DNA of 64,000 bases from Selaginella moellendorffii (taxonomy: Eukaryota; Plantae; Lycopodiophyta), in the NCBI RefSeq assembly GCF_000143415.4, contig NW_003314291.1, positions 883,702 to 947,701 of the forward strand, read 5' to 3'. The notes below the pieces were generated by a model, which worked only from the letters and a program-made list of their open reading frames with translations, did not search any database and was not told where the DNA came from. The stretch's first letter is position 1, and every line of letters begins with the position of its first letter. The position numbers and the translations under genes were made by a program. This document shows, in pieces, positions 16,300 through 29,600 of the stretch.

Positions 16300-18680
16300 G
16301 CTAGATCAATAAAATAAAGAGCACAACGTAATAACTTGCTTTGAGTAAATTCCAGAAAAACGTGCAGCTAAGATTAGAAATAAAAATCAAACAAACTAAA
16401 CTGAGAAACTTACCTGAGACCACCAAAGAAGAATTTTGACCTGAAGAGACAAGATTGAGACAAGATTTCAATTGAAGCTAGAGGATAAAATAGAAAACGT
16501 CCACATGATATGCCAAATCAATCGAGCTTCTACTTTTGGTTTTCGAGGTAAGAATCTTGCTAGCTGCAAGGAACACAAACAGTATGCCTTTCAAGATTAT
16601 GAAGTATGAAACCACGCCTCTACCTTTGAATGTGCTTCTTTGGCTGGTCCAACAAAAACTTCATCATCTTTTCTCATAGGCCAGCCCAACGGAAGCAGGT
16701 TTTAGACTTGCACGTCGAGCTGGGAAAACATCCAAGTGTCTATGTACTATTCGTTCAAATCATCATACTTTCGCCAAGAAGATGCCGTCGCTTTCATTTA
16801 TGTTACTCTCTAGATACGTGAGCAGGAAAAAACCATAGCTCACATACTCTGAGAATCACGACGTAAATATGTGTCACGACATTTTTAAGGAAAGCCGTTG
16901 CTCCCATAGGCTGGTTTTATAGTCTCGTTAGTAACGTAGCTAACTCTTCCAGAAAGCACCGGCAACTCAGACTCTGCAAGCTTAAGTTTAGTTAACTTCC
17001 GTAGATGATGAAATGTAACACAAACACTCGGCCATGAATCACACTTTGGCAATTTTCCCCCATAGTAATGCCATGTACAAGATCATCCGCTGCTGCACCT
17101 CTAATTGTATCTCAGGAAGCCTGAAACGTTGTGTGAGATCAGAACCATATGAAGAGCAGAGTACTATATCCTAGTTTATCTGAGCACCTCAGAAACTTTT
17201 GCACATGTTCTATAGTTTCTGAACGTTCTTTTCATGAGAAAAAATCTCTGTTACAAGCTGATCCAACTATTTATTATTTTGCAGCACATAAAGAACAAAC
17301 TTTATAGAGTGCCCTACTCTCTTGACACTTTACCCTTCGAGTTCTCTAAAGCAACATGCACATTTGCAACGAGCAATAAATATCAAATGCTCTTGTTGAT
17401 TTGTGACATTGTCCTTCTGAAATTCGCAGCCGAAAGAGCCTCTAAAGCCTCCTAGACTTTATTATAACAAGGTTCCAGACGACAAGCTCTTTATCAGTGC
17501 CGTTGAAATTGAAAAAAATCGGAAGAACGGATACATACCTGGAAACCAAACATCTCATGCAGCCACTAGAGAATGCTTCCTTTCTCTTTGGCAGCACGAA
17601 CGTTCGCAATTGGATCATCGGCATCCCGAACTTGTAAACGAAGAATTGAAAACAAACAAATAAAATGCACGTCCTCTAGTTTCATGATGCGCCGGCGGCA
17701 CCAAGCAGAGGATGCTGTAGTGCTTGATGTCCTTCTTCTTGGTCACATCAGTGTTCATAGTTTGCATCTGCACAAAACGTCGTTGTAGGAAAACTATTTG
17801 CAACTTAAACAACGAAAAGAAACAATACTTTACATCCACTCCGTCTTGCCTTGTTACAGAAATGAGTACGTCAGACAAAATACGAACTGTCTGATAAGCT
17901 TTCGCAAGTGCCGCCAAATCCCATCAAAACTCATTTATATTTAAATTCATGGCGCTTACCTTGCATGGGAACGACTCAACGGCCACTCCATGGCCAATAT
18001 GACTGCTATGTGAACAGCAGATCAAGGCATCGACCTTGGGCAACGTTACAGCGGGCTGCTAACCGGATAAAAAACGCCAGGTTCACTCTCAATGCCACCA
18101 TGCACTTCTTGACAGGCAACGATCATAATAACACCTTACACGGTTTGTCTTCAAATCTCGCAAAAGTAAAAGAAAACTATGAACTAACGAGAGCGAAGAA
18201 ATCACAAGAGGATTTATAACAACATACTCTGATGGTCTCGTAAGGATCCTTCTTCGCCGTCTGTCCAGTTTCTCCTGTACAGCTACAACACCGAGCAAGG
18301 TAAAGACCTGCAGAGCACGAGTAAGACTCAAAGTAAAACAAGAAAAATTGCTTGCAGGATTTCCTGGCGACATAGACGTGACTGTTAACTTATACTTTGT
18401 CCGGCAAAAACGAGATGAGAGTGGAGCTAGTGGAGGAACAAGTGAGCTTGGGTCATCACAGGTACTGGTCGGCCACTCCCTGAAGAAGCTATGTATTTTG
18501 CTCGCTCACACAACAAAAGAAATAAGAAAACGAAGGAAGCGAAACACAAAAATCCAGACCTTCACAAGGGCGCCGGACTGCATAGTCCGATAGATGGATC
18601 CAAAACTTGCAGCATTCGTGAACTCCTCTCTTCGAGGTGCCATTCTAGCGCCAAAACCCCAGGGTTCTTGCTGAGCATAA
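16300..18680 (-). pseudogene. Unidentified multi-exon gene-like region, probably disrupted
   Basis: Series of exon-sized blocks bounded by GT/AG and pyrimidine tracts on the minus strand (e.g. FFREWPTSTCDDPSSLVPPLAP; RRFVQMQTMNTDVTKKKDIKHYS). In-frame stops appear in several joins; no family recognised. Confidence 0.3.
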
Positions 18681-18875
18681 ACTACTCGTCAGCATCCACA
18701 CTGGCATTATACGTAACAAGTGGTAAGTGACGCGTTTCTCCGCGTAAGCTTGTTAAGAGTAACTGCTAATGGTTAAAGGTTGCTGAAAGCTACAGACTTG
18801 CAACAAAAAAACAAAGCTTCCGCATGAGAAGCTTCTTCGCGGGACATGAAAGTCCCTGAACAACGCGCTGCTTTG

Positions 18876-20748
18876 CTACATCCAGCTCCGAATCTTATCA
18901 CGATCTAGCTCGTCTAGTGAGAAGTCCTCGGCAGCCGGCGGGAAAAGGCCATCCTTGCTGCGCCTCGTCTTTGTCTCCAGGCCAAGCCTGCGTGTGATTT
19001 CTTTGTGGATGTCCCACAGCACCGGTGGCTCGCACCCCTCCATCGTGGGAAGGACTACCCTGCTATGCCCGACATATTGTGTATAAGCTCGCCATATCGC
19101 TGTGTCTGGTGGCTTAGCTACATCGTAATCTTCTGGCCGCATGTGCATAACCATCTCACCCTTGATTTCTTCCCTGCGTTTCAACACCAACACTTTAGAA
19201 ATGGAGTCTTTGAATCAGATATACTCTTTACCACATAATGTCCTGGGTTTGGGTCCTGAGCGTGTGCTCGATCACGGAAGGGGTGCGCTCCTTGCAGAAG
19301 GCATCCAGCAAAACCTTGCAAGAAAAGCATGCAATCAGCTCACCAACAAGTTAGTAACACAATCCGATATACCTCCTCCTCCTCCTCCTCTGCAGCATCT
19401 AGCGTACCGAGCCGGCCATCTAAACAAGCTCCAATATGTCAAGAAAGAGAAAAGAAAGCTCGCTCGAGGCGCAGAAACTTACACGTCAAGTTGTGGTCGT
19501 AATAGATCCGGAGGTCGTGGCGCGCGAGCCAGATGCGAGCGTGCTGCTTGCAGTTCCAGATGGCGTGGTGGTGTGGCAGCACGGACAGCGGTGGCCTCTC
19601 GGTGACGAGCGATCGCAGCAGCTTGTTGTTCTCGATCCCCTGGAGCAGCAGGACGAGCTCTTTGACCCGCAGAGGTGCGGAGTCCATCTCGTATGGAAAC
19701 ATACGCATGGGAGGTGGGTCAAGCGGATGTCGTGTAAGCTGCGAGTAAGCCCGTCTTACTCCATCTCGGTTGCTGCTACGTTTGCACGACAGCATGTTCC
19801 ACCCCTGTCGAGAGCAAACTGTAGAATGAATGGTACTTGCATATGTGATCAGCTTACCAGCCTCTCGACTGGGAGCGTTAGAAAAAAGTCGGCTTTAAGA
19901 ATCTTGGATACCAAGCCAAAGAGCTTCGGGACAGCTGCCACCCCATACAAACGGGAACTCTCTTTGCTCCCCGTGTTTCTCAGCTGGTTTCCTTGGCAAC
20001 GCCATCTGAATTCCCCATTAGAAGGCTTGCGGTAGGGTGGTGAAGCCCAATAGTTCATAGCGATAATGTTGCGTGCTGGCATCTCGGAGGTCACTGGGAC
20101 AAGAGAAACAAAGAATAAAAGTTGCTGTGACACGAACAGCACTTGAAACAAACCTCGGATGCTCCTCTCGTTGCAAAACTTGGCCCACAGAATCTCCAGG
20201 TGCTCGCTCACTTCCTCGTCTTGCTTCGATGAGTCCGACGAGCCAAGGCTTCGAAGTCCAGCGGATCCACTTGAGAGCAGCTCCTGGCGAGCAAAGTCTA
20301 CCATGCAATCTAGCTGCTCACGAGCGCCATCCCAGCCCAGCGTCGCAGCACACGCGCTCCTCTCCGCACCGGAGAGGCGAGCAATGTAGCAGACGGCCAG
20401 CACCAGGAACAGCGTCTCGTCCGTCTCGGGGGAATCCCAGTATTCGAGCAAGTATTCCATCGACGCAGCTTCGTGCATGTCTAGTGCCGCTGCCTCCTCC
20501 TCGTACGGGTGGGCAGCCATTGAGACAAACTTGGACACCGTACGGAGCTTTGCAGCGCTCTGACACTGAGTGAGAGCCCGATGCAAGAGCCCTTCTTCTT
20601 GTTCCTGGCGCTTGGGAAGATGGGTGGGAGCAGCGATTGTAGCCCAAGGGATAGGGCCATTTCGCATCGTAAGAGGGCATACTGGGCGGACACCTAGCTG
20701 GCTGCCCAGCCGGACATTCCGTCTTAGAGCGCCACTGCTCACCATCAT
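18876..20748 (-). CDS. Hypothetical, probably lineage-specific protein with possible organellar transit peptide, multi-exon
   Basis: Long GC-rich ORF blocks (19849-20793, 19439-19795, 18876-19193) with short introns; basic, acid-free N-terminus; telo-box AAACCCTAA at ~20760; clear paralog at 46830-48250. Confidence 0.6.
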
Positions 20749-22261
20749 CCTTGTTAACGAAACCCTAATTTGAATATATTCTTTTTGTCGCAATTACCTA
20801 TAAATTAATAATTTACTGTCCTTCTCAATATTCAAGTATAATCATTATATGTTCTTTTTTAATATTAACATAATCTAAAAATATTTGGAGGCATCAAAAT
20901 AAAAATTATAAGTGGTGAAGTCCAAATGTACAGCTATGATACTATATATTAATATTAATATAGTGTTGGTAACTATTGGATTAGTTCCAATCTAGACCAT
21001 TCACTTCTGTATATAAACTAAGATTTTTGGGTATACATATTTTTATATTCCTTTTCCATATTTTATGCACTCACAAAGTGATTTAATGAGAGATCAATTA
21101 AAATCACTACTTAAGCTCTAACTTGTTGACAATCAAGATGATAAAAGAGTAAATTATAATACTAGAGTTATTTCTTATCATGTGAAGCCTTGAGTTTTAG
21201 CTTAACCAATCTTTGTCTTATGATGTGTGGCTCCTTAATTAATTTTGCCTTTAAAATAAATCAATAGTTTAAAAAATAATTTTTAAAAGAATTATAAGAA
21301 TATTTTAAATTATATATGAAAATATAAGTTAATATATTTTAAAAAATTATTTTTAAACTCAAATATTTAAAATTACTATAATATTATAACAATATAAACT
21401 ATTTTCTAACACTAGCTTAGTGTTGTGTATGTAAAGTAATATTTTGAATATAAATAGAGTAAATAATTCAGGAGCTTACACTTGGTCATTATAGGTTGAA
21501 AAATATGTAATACACAAGAGAAAAAAAACTTTCATGAACACAAATATGGTTTTGTCATCATATGACTAAAATGGTCAACAAATATGAATATGAACATAAT
21601 TTTGTCATCATTTGAGTAAAGTGGTTAGCAAGTTTAAGCAATTGGATGAGGGTAGTTGAGCATGGTCAAGCTTAACATGCTAAGGTAGGTGGGATTTTTT
21701 ACTATAATAGCCATGTATATCTATTATGGGTGGATGTATTGATTTATTAGATTTTATTTCACTATTATGATCATCCAGAGCTTAATCATTTAAGGTGAAA
21801 GAAGACATATAAGCTGATTAAGTACAATGTTTATTAGAGGAATATAAAGGATAATATCCTTGAGTATTATAAATCATGCTTTGTCAATGGGTAAAGGTGC
21901 CATGGGAAAAGCTAGAGGGATTTTTATAACCAATGTAGTATTTCTATAAACTTTATCACTTATTTGTCATGAATACAGAGGTAAAAGGAGTAAGTATAAG
22001 TTATAGTAAATTAATTGACAAAGTATATGCAGTTATTGGCTCTTTGGAAAATTGTCATTACCTCAAACTTAATTATAATATACTTAGAAAAGGTTTTTCC
22101 CAATTTTGGTTTGCCAAAAGACATTTGTCAATGATTGAGACTTAAAGTATACTAATGGATTTTGGAAGAACTTTGTGAAAGCTATGCAAGTGATTTTGAA
22201 GCTCTCAAGTGGAGATTATCTTCAAACGAATGGGCAGACCAAAAGAAAATTCTTGCTTAAC

Positions 22262-22421
22262 AAGAGAAAAAAAACTCTCACTTAGATATCACATGTCCTA
22301 CATAGGAGAAAGAAAACTCTCACTTAAAAATGTGCACAATAGAAAGAAAACTCCCACTTATATCACGTATCCTAGTGTTAGAAAGAAAACTCTCACTTAG
22401 ATATGACATATCCTAGTGTAT
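22262..22421 (+). repeat. Tandem ~35-45 bp repeat (4x AGAAAGAAAACTCTCACTTA core) immediately flanking element A
   Basis: Core motif recurs at ~22265, ~22307, ~22341 and ~22380. Confidence 0.75.
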
Positions 22422-23553
22422 TGTAGCACATATGGTTTTGACCCTTTATCCTATGGTGATTTACCAAAGGATAACACCGCGAAGCGGAACCTAAACCCTC
22501 TTTATGCCATGTGATACATGCCACATGTCATCTGCCACATGTCCAAAGGACAGTGGTGTGGAACCCAAGGTTCAGGGCCTTGGGCCACTGAACGAAGGAA
22601 CGATGCCAAACTCCCAAGCATGGAGCCAAGGAGTGACGGAACCGAACTATAGAGCAACTCTCGAACATATAGCCTAAGGAGTGAAGGGATAGGAGCCTGG
22701 AGCGACTTGGAACAGTCCTAGAACAACTAGCATCCCAATGCCAAGACCAACACGCAAAACAGAGCCAAACGAAGTCTAGTGCTATTTCAACATACTGGTG
22801 GCCTAACACGAGGATATAGGTACTCCACCAATTAGCATGGAATGGAATTTGGGCTTAGACCCAAGCTGGACACAGAACAAATACAGGCACGCAAGCGGGA
22901 GCTAGACTATGCCTCAGGTTGGTTGGCCATGCCTGACCTACCCACTATCCCTACTATACATTTGGAAACCCCCCCTTGAGGAACACACGCTTTGGTCTTT
23001 CACCCCAAGCCTCCCTTAGTATCAAGAGTTAGTCTCTGGGACAAACTCGAAATTTACTAAATATGGAATGGTGTTAGATTGCAAATTTGGACACGAGACG
23101 AACACCATTGTGTTCAGGCCGACCTCTACATTTCATAGATATGCCAAATGAGCAAATCTGAACACTTTCCATAAATAGCATTTGGGACCGAATTGAGACT
23201 AACACAAAGAGCATGATAGCAAGGGTGTTTGGCAGACACAGTAAGCTATCATCTAGCAATATTGAGGGACCAAGCTCAATATCGCGGGGGTTCCCAACAC
23301 TAGCAAGTGCAAGTCAATGAATGAGTTTCTCTAACCAAGTCAAGTATGCTTGACTAAATAGACACTTAGGAATTCCTTCCTTATGCTCATCTGGTCAAGT
23401 GCACATGTGAAGATTAGTTTCTTAACTAGCTTAGGCGGAGACTAATAACGGGTTCAGCAATACCGACCTCCTGCCATCGTGGCAGTAAGGTAAGAGTGTC
23501 TGTAAGGACTAGCCGATAGGTAACTTTCGATACCCGAAGTCACATTCGCGACA
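22422..23553 (-). repeat. 3' LTR of element A
   Basis: Direct repeat of 41570-42600; reverse complement of the element C LTRs. Confidence 0.88.
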
Positions 23554-23707
23554 CTCTCCCCCCCTAAGGAAGATCGACGTCCTTGTCGATGCATACTCGA
23601 GTTTAAACTACCGCCAAGGAAACAACTCCAGAAAAAGTTCACAGTGATCACACTATGTGAGAAATGCACGAACTTAAATGAGTTAAGAAGCAACCTCTTT
23701 GTCTAAT

Positions 23708-23993
23708 ATGCTTTATTTCGTTAAAGTGGAACTTATTCAGTAAAGTGGGACATTAATTAGCATGTGTCCACATGCCATTTCCTAGTACTTAATAATATTT
23801 ATTAATATTTCTATCAGTTTTTTAATTTATTTTTTATATTTCACAATATTATAACACAAAATCATATGAAAAGTTTTTAATTTATAAATTATAAAGCTAA
23901 AACTTCAATTTTTTATTGTTGTTATAAAAATGGCATGTGGCCACACACCATAAGTGGGATAATGAAAAGTTCCACTTTAACGAAATAAAGCAT
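23708..23993. mobile_element. MITE (286 bp) inserted in element A
   Basis: Perfect 27-bp TIR ATGCTTTATTTCGTTAAAGTGGAACTT; inner inverted CCACATGCCATTT; AT-rich core; flanked by TAAT/TAAT; absent from the homologous site of element C (~38140-38160). Confidence 0.92.
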
Positions 23994-25484
23994 TAATGCA
24001 GATGCGCTACCAGCTCAAACACCTTCCGGCCATTGCCGACAAGGAAATGATCAACGGAGTTAGCCACCTTTGCTGCTCTAGGAGTCATTTAGCATACAAA
24101 AGTGTGATACACCCCTACTCGCAGGTGGTATAGAGAGAGAAGCTAGAGGCCCCAACCCTCTTGAGCAAAGAAACCAAACCCGTTGGTAACGTTTAGATAG
24201 ACTACTGTAAATAGGTAGTTAGAGTTGTTTACACGGTCACGCCCTTTTAACGGAATAAGGAACATCAACAGAGAGGTGGGTGATGTGACCAGTCGACAGT
24301 AGTTACCCCATGACTAGAGATTTCACCATGCACGCGAAGTGCCAAAGCCAGTTTGCCTATACTGGCCCAAACTCAAAGATTAATAGATGGACAATATTAA
24401 AGTCATAAACAATGATATCTTAGAGACTTAATAACCAGTGATTAAATCTTAGATGAGAATACAAAAGTATTCCAAGTAAGTTATCATCCGATAAAGTAGT
24501 AGTATAGTAAAGGACCCACCAAGATCATTATTTGTGGTAAGCATAAGAATCATCATCCAACAAAATTCAATAGCAAGTATATTATCAAACTCAATGATGA
24601 AACTTCACTATCAAAGATGGTAGATAGTATGCCAAACAACTTACCAAAGATAACTCAAAGAACACAAAGTATCATTGACTAACAAGCAAGATGCTCGCGA
24701 ATGTATCACCTGAAGGAAATAACATTCTAATCTATCAAAACTAACTCGAGTAATAATTAACAAAACAGAATGAATGTGGCAAGACCAACAAACACTCATT
24801 CATGCCAACTATCACACTAGCCAATCCGAATAGATCCCAGCCAACAACACCAAGGAATTTAAGTTGCTTAAGCAAGTGTCAACAACATTTTACTGATGTC
24901 TCAAATCCAAGTGACCAATCCAGAGCAAATCACAAACAACATGTGGTATTGCGAAAAGCCATAAGCCATCAAAGAGAACAACTCCAACCCTTTCATTAGT
25001 TTGTATTAGCTTATGAAAATGGAATGGTTTTCGAGCAAAGTGATCAACAAATCAGCTAATGGAAAAGTTTAAGAAAATTTGTGGAAAATTTTCCATCCTA
25101 GAGAAAGAATGACTCTTAGTCCAGGAATGCAAACTTTCAAGACTCAACCAACTTCCTCCTACCAACAGTTTTACATAGGTTCACCTCAACACAAATTCTT
25201 GAGACCCATAGTATGCTTAAACCTCGAACATCTTTTTGCCCATACTTCCGACATCCAATACTGATATCTGCAAAATGCAAAACGTCCAAGGCTTGATCAC
25301 AAAGACCACTTCTTCGGATATCCACATTGCACTAACACTCTTTTTCAATCACCTTCAAGATACAATGTGAAGCCAAAACATTAACAAGAAAAATGACATG
25401 AAAAATCAAGGTCTAAGGAAAATTCCTCACTACTTGAAATAATAATGCCACTTTCACTAATACAAGTGCTAGCAATGTCAATGC

Positions 25485-26632
25485 TGTAAGGAACCAACTC
25501 GCCGAGGTGTCGTAGGCTAAAGGAACCCCGAAAGCATGACCAAAATGACAAAGAGTTCATCGGATGGGACCAAGTCGAAGATCGAGTCCAAGACCGACTC
25601 TGAGACCGAGTTCGAGATAGAGTTCAGAATTGAGTCCGAGGCCGACTCAGGGACCGAGTTCGAGACCGAGTTTGAAACGGAGTCCGAGATCCGAAATCGG
25701 GTCCGAGACCGAGTCCGAGGTCGAGTCCAAGGTCGGGTCCGAGATCGGGTTCGAGATCGAGTCCAAGATCGAGTTCGAGACCAAATCAAAAATCGGATCC
25801 GAAATCGAGTCCGAGATCGAGCTACAGACTGAGTCCAAATACTAATACGGGTCAAGGGGTGAAAGCCCAAAGTGTGCGTCTCCCAGGGGGGAGGGGGGGC
25901 TGCAGGGGGTTCCAAAAGTATAGTAGGGATAGTGAGGTCTAGGAACCAATTTTGAAGGGACTCTCCAGTGGGGCTTCCAAACCGACTTGAGGTTGAGACT
26001 GGGACCGAGGGGCCTTGGGTGGGAGTGAGTATGGACTTGGTTGGTGCCGAAGGGGCCATCCAAGGAAGTGCTCAAGAGCATCTCCCACTCCCGAAAGGGA
26101 AACTGACTGCGGTGCTCCCGGCTCATGTGGAGTGGTGCCCCACTTGAGTACCATGTGGCTCATTGGTCCTCGCCCTTCCTAGGGGCTTGGGCCTTCCTTC
26201 GGGATGGAAATGGGGGGGTAGAAGTACCCATACCGAGCTGTTAGGCCACAGTGTTTCGCCCCGGCGTCCTGAAGCAAGTGTTGCACCCAAGACTTGGGAT
26301 TTAGAGGGTCCCATGATCAAGTCTTGTGGTACCAAGGGGTGTTAGGAACCTGGAGGCTTGGTGTGCTTGGCTGCTTGTGCCTGCGGGGAGTGTAGCCAAA
26401 CCTTAAGTCCAGTCTAACCCGGGGAGGGGGATTGGGAGAGATTGGGAATCCGTGGATGGATGGCTAATGCTCCGTTGCTCGTGCAATGAGTAGCTAAAAC
26501 CAAGTAGGACCAAGTAGGAGTTGGTACCATAGGCAGGAACCTTGGCGAGGGAACTTAGCAAAAGCCAAGGCAGTGTCGGACGGATAGACGAGGTAAGCTG
26601 GCAAATTGTAAAGGAACAATTTGTGGCTTACA
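25485..26632 (+). repeat. 5' LTR of element B, containing a hexamer (GAGWCC-like) minisatellite at ~25575-25835
   Basis: TGTAAGGAACC...GGCTTACA; matches the split 3' LTR. Confidence 0.95.
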
Positions 26633-26691
26633 ATTTGGTATCGGAGCCTTTTCCTCAGTTCTAGCGAAGGATAGAGGCGGATTGCTGGGAG

Positions 26692-29600
26692 ATGGCAAAG
26701 GCAGGGCAAAAGCGAACCAAGGCGGAGACGGAACCTCCTCCAGAGCTGGAGCCTCCAGTCGAACGAGAGGCTATGGATGAGGAATCCTTGCATGAGGAGG
26801 ACTATAGTGAGGAAACTTCCAAACATGAGTCCGGTGGTGAGGTTCGGTCGTCCAAGGCTCGATTGGACGTGCTAGAAGGACAGTTGGCACAGACTAATGC
26901 CCTGCTGGAGACTCTAGTACGCAAGCTAAAGCGTGACGAGAAGCAAAAGAAAAAGCGAAAAACTGCGGATGCTAGCAGCGCAGAAGGTGTGGACCCTTCG
27001 GCAGGGACTGAGGCAGAACCAAACAAGGTCGAACAGACTGAAGTAGAATCAGTCCCTCAGGCAGTTCCCAAGTACAAACCAAAGCCCCCACCGGTCTTCA
27101 AGGGAGTGAATGACTATAAGGTGGTGGAGGATTGGTTTTACGATATGGAGGACTACTTCCGAGCGTTGCGATTACTGAGCTCGGAGAAGGTCCCATGTGC
27201 AAAGCCATACTTAGCAGATAATGCCAAGTCTTGGTGGAGAACAACGGAGGCCAACGAAGGACCGGTGGCCACTTGGGACATGATGAAGGCAAGGATCCAC
27301 GCAACATACGTTCTTCTGAATGCTACTCTGCATCTAAGAGATGAGCTGAGTAGGCTGAAGCAGACTGGAACCATCCAGGAGTATGTGAATGGGTTCATGA
27401 CAAAGAGGATACTTGTCACGGACATGGGGGATATGGATGCATTTCATGCCTTCATATCAGGTTTGCAAACCTGGGCTCGCAGTGAAGTGATGCGCTAGAA
27501 CCCGACCAACTACAAGGAAGCGTTGGATGCGGCCATCAAGGTGCATTTCAATGATAACCTGCGGAAGGGAAACACGATGGGGTCGGGATCCACGTTTAGC
27601 AAAGGGGCCAAACCAAGGGGAACATATAGCAAAGGGAAATTCAAGAAGAGTTTCTCTAAGAATGAGTCCTCGGGGTTCCGGAAAGGCAAATCCAGTGGCC
27701 AGCGAGCAAGTACGTGGGGGAATCAAGCAAAAAGAGACAAACCCACGGATAAAAAGGTCAAGACGTTTAGCAGCGTGGGAAATAACGTATGCTACAACTA
27801 TGGTGAAGTGGGACACTTTTCGAGGGAATGTCCCTACCCGAAGAAGGCCAGACCCAATATGGCCATTAAGTCGGGTGAAGTCTAAACTGAGGTATGTGAT
27901 CCAGTCCCTAGCTTAAAGTTACTCATTACACGAGCAACTTTGGTAGAGAGTCGTTCGCGACATCTACTACCCCTCCGAGGGAAGCTCGAGGGTAGCTTTG
28001 TTAAGATCCTTATTGACACGGGTGCTTCGGATAATTTTGTGGCTGTAGACATAGTCCGGCAAGCCGGACTAACGGTGCAGCGGCTAGGCGAACCAAGGAC
28101 TATAGAGTTTGTTCAAGGTAGCCAAAGCACCGATGAGGTACTTCGACAAGCGAGAGTTGAAGTAGGGACTTGGAAAGTAGACATGGACTTCATTGTGTTG
28201 GACATGGCAGGATTTGACGTGATCTTCGGGATGGACTGGTTCAATCGGTTCGTGGTACCCCTACATGGACAAGGTAGGAACCTTGTGGTACTGGCGAATG
28301 CCCAAGGGAGAAGATCCAGGGTGGAGGCCCAGGATCTAAAGGTAGGGCAATGCAAGGCCAAAGATTCGTGCCTGAACCTGGTGTCCATAAGAGGACAACT
28401 CACTAAAGGGATCAAGACTGCATTTTTGTGCTTACTCTCGGTGAGAAGTCACAAAAAGACTAGAACAGAAGAAGTACCTTTAGTAATCCAGCGGGTGTTG
28501 GATCAATTCCAGGATACCATGCCGAAGGAGCTACCAGCGGGGTTGCCCCCCGCACGACCGATAGAACATAAGATTGAGCTAGTCGAGGGTGCTGAGGCGG
28601 TGGTTCGCCCCCCCAATCGTTTGAACGAAAAAGAATTCGCAGAGCTCAAGCGCCAACTAGAGGAGTTAGTGGACAAAGGGTATGTTAGGTTGAGCAAGTC
28701 GCCGTATAGGGCATCAGTGCTTTTTGTGAAAAAGAAAGGTGGATCTATGCGCATGTGCATAGACTACCGGTTGCTCAACAAGTATACCAAGAAGAACAAG
28801 TACCTTTTGCCAAGGATTGAGGACCTGTTTGATAGGTTGGGAAAGGCAAAATACTTCTCGAGGATTGACCTAAGGTCAGGATACTACCAGATCAGGGTAG
28901 CAGAGGAAGATGTCGAGAAGACAACCTGTCGAATGACGTATGGGAGCTTCGAGTTTCTGGTGATGCAATGCGCCGGCAACGTTCTCGGCATTGATGAACC
29001 ATATCTTTGTACCTTATCTGGATCACTTTGTGGTCGTCTATATTGACGACATCCTGATCTATAGCAAAACGCTAGAAGAGCATGCCGAACACTTCACGAA
29101 GGTGTTTGAGAAACTAAGGGAACACCAGCTGTATGCTAAAGAGAGCAAATGTGACTTTGCTCAACAAAAGGTAAAGTTTCTCGGGCATGTGGTGGGCAAG
29201 GTTGGGCTCAAGGTGGACCCCGAGAAGGTCCAAGCGATCCAGGATTGGGAGCGACCATCAAATGTACATGAGTTAAGGGCATTCTTGGGGCTATGCAACT
29301 ACTATCGAAAGTTTATTAGACATTATTCGAGAGTAGCCTTGCTCTTAACGGACCAAACGGGAAAAGGAAAGATGGTATGGACAGCGGAATGCGAGGCGGC
29401 GTTCGTCCACCTCAAGGGGAAGTTGAGGAAGGCTCCCGTGTTGGCATTACCAGACTTTGGTAAGGACTTTGAGGTAGAAACAGATGCTTCAGACTTTGTG
29501 TTGGGCGCAGTTTTGAAGCAAGATAACCATCCAGTAGCATTCTTCTCGAAGAAGTTGGACAAGGCTTAACGGAAGTGGCCTGCCCATGAGAAGGAATTGT

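Noticed and set aside
22262-22421. Regularly spaced short repeats resembling a CRISPR array (also 7788-7940, 53598-53782)
   Set aside because: Eukaryotic context, spacers are related to each other, and there are no cas genes; ordinary tandem repeats.
25517-26059. ORFs rich in RSRT/ETEFE/RDRV repeats (also 31844-32236, 58198-58576, 60214-60574)
   Set aside because: Translations of hexamer minisatellites inside LTRs; open in several frames and on both strands because of low complexity.
27496-27885. Programmed stop read-through between gag and pol in element B
   Set aside because: The stops look like CAG/CAA-to-stop decay, and similar stops are scattered through pol.
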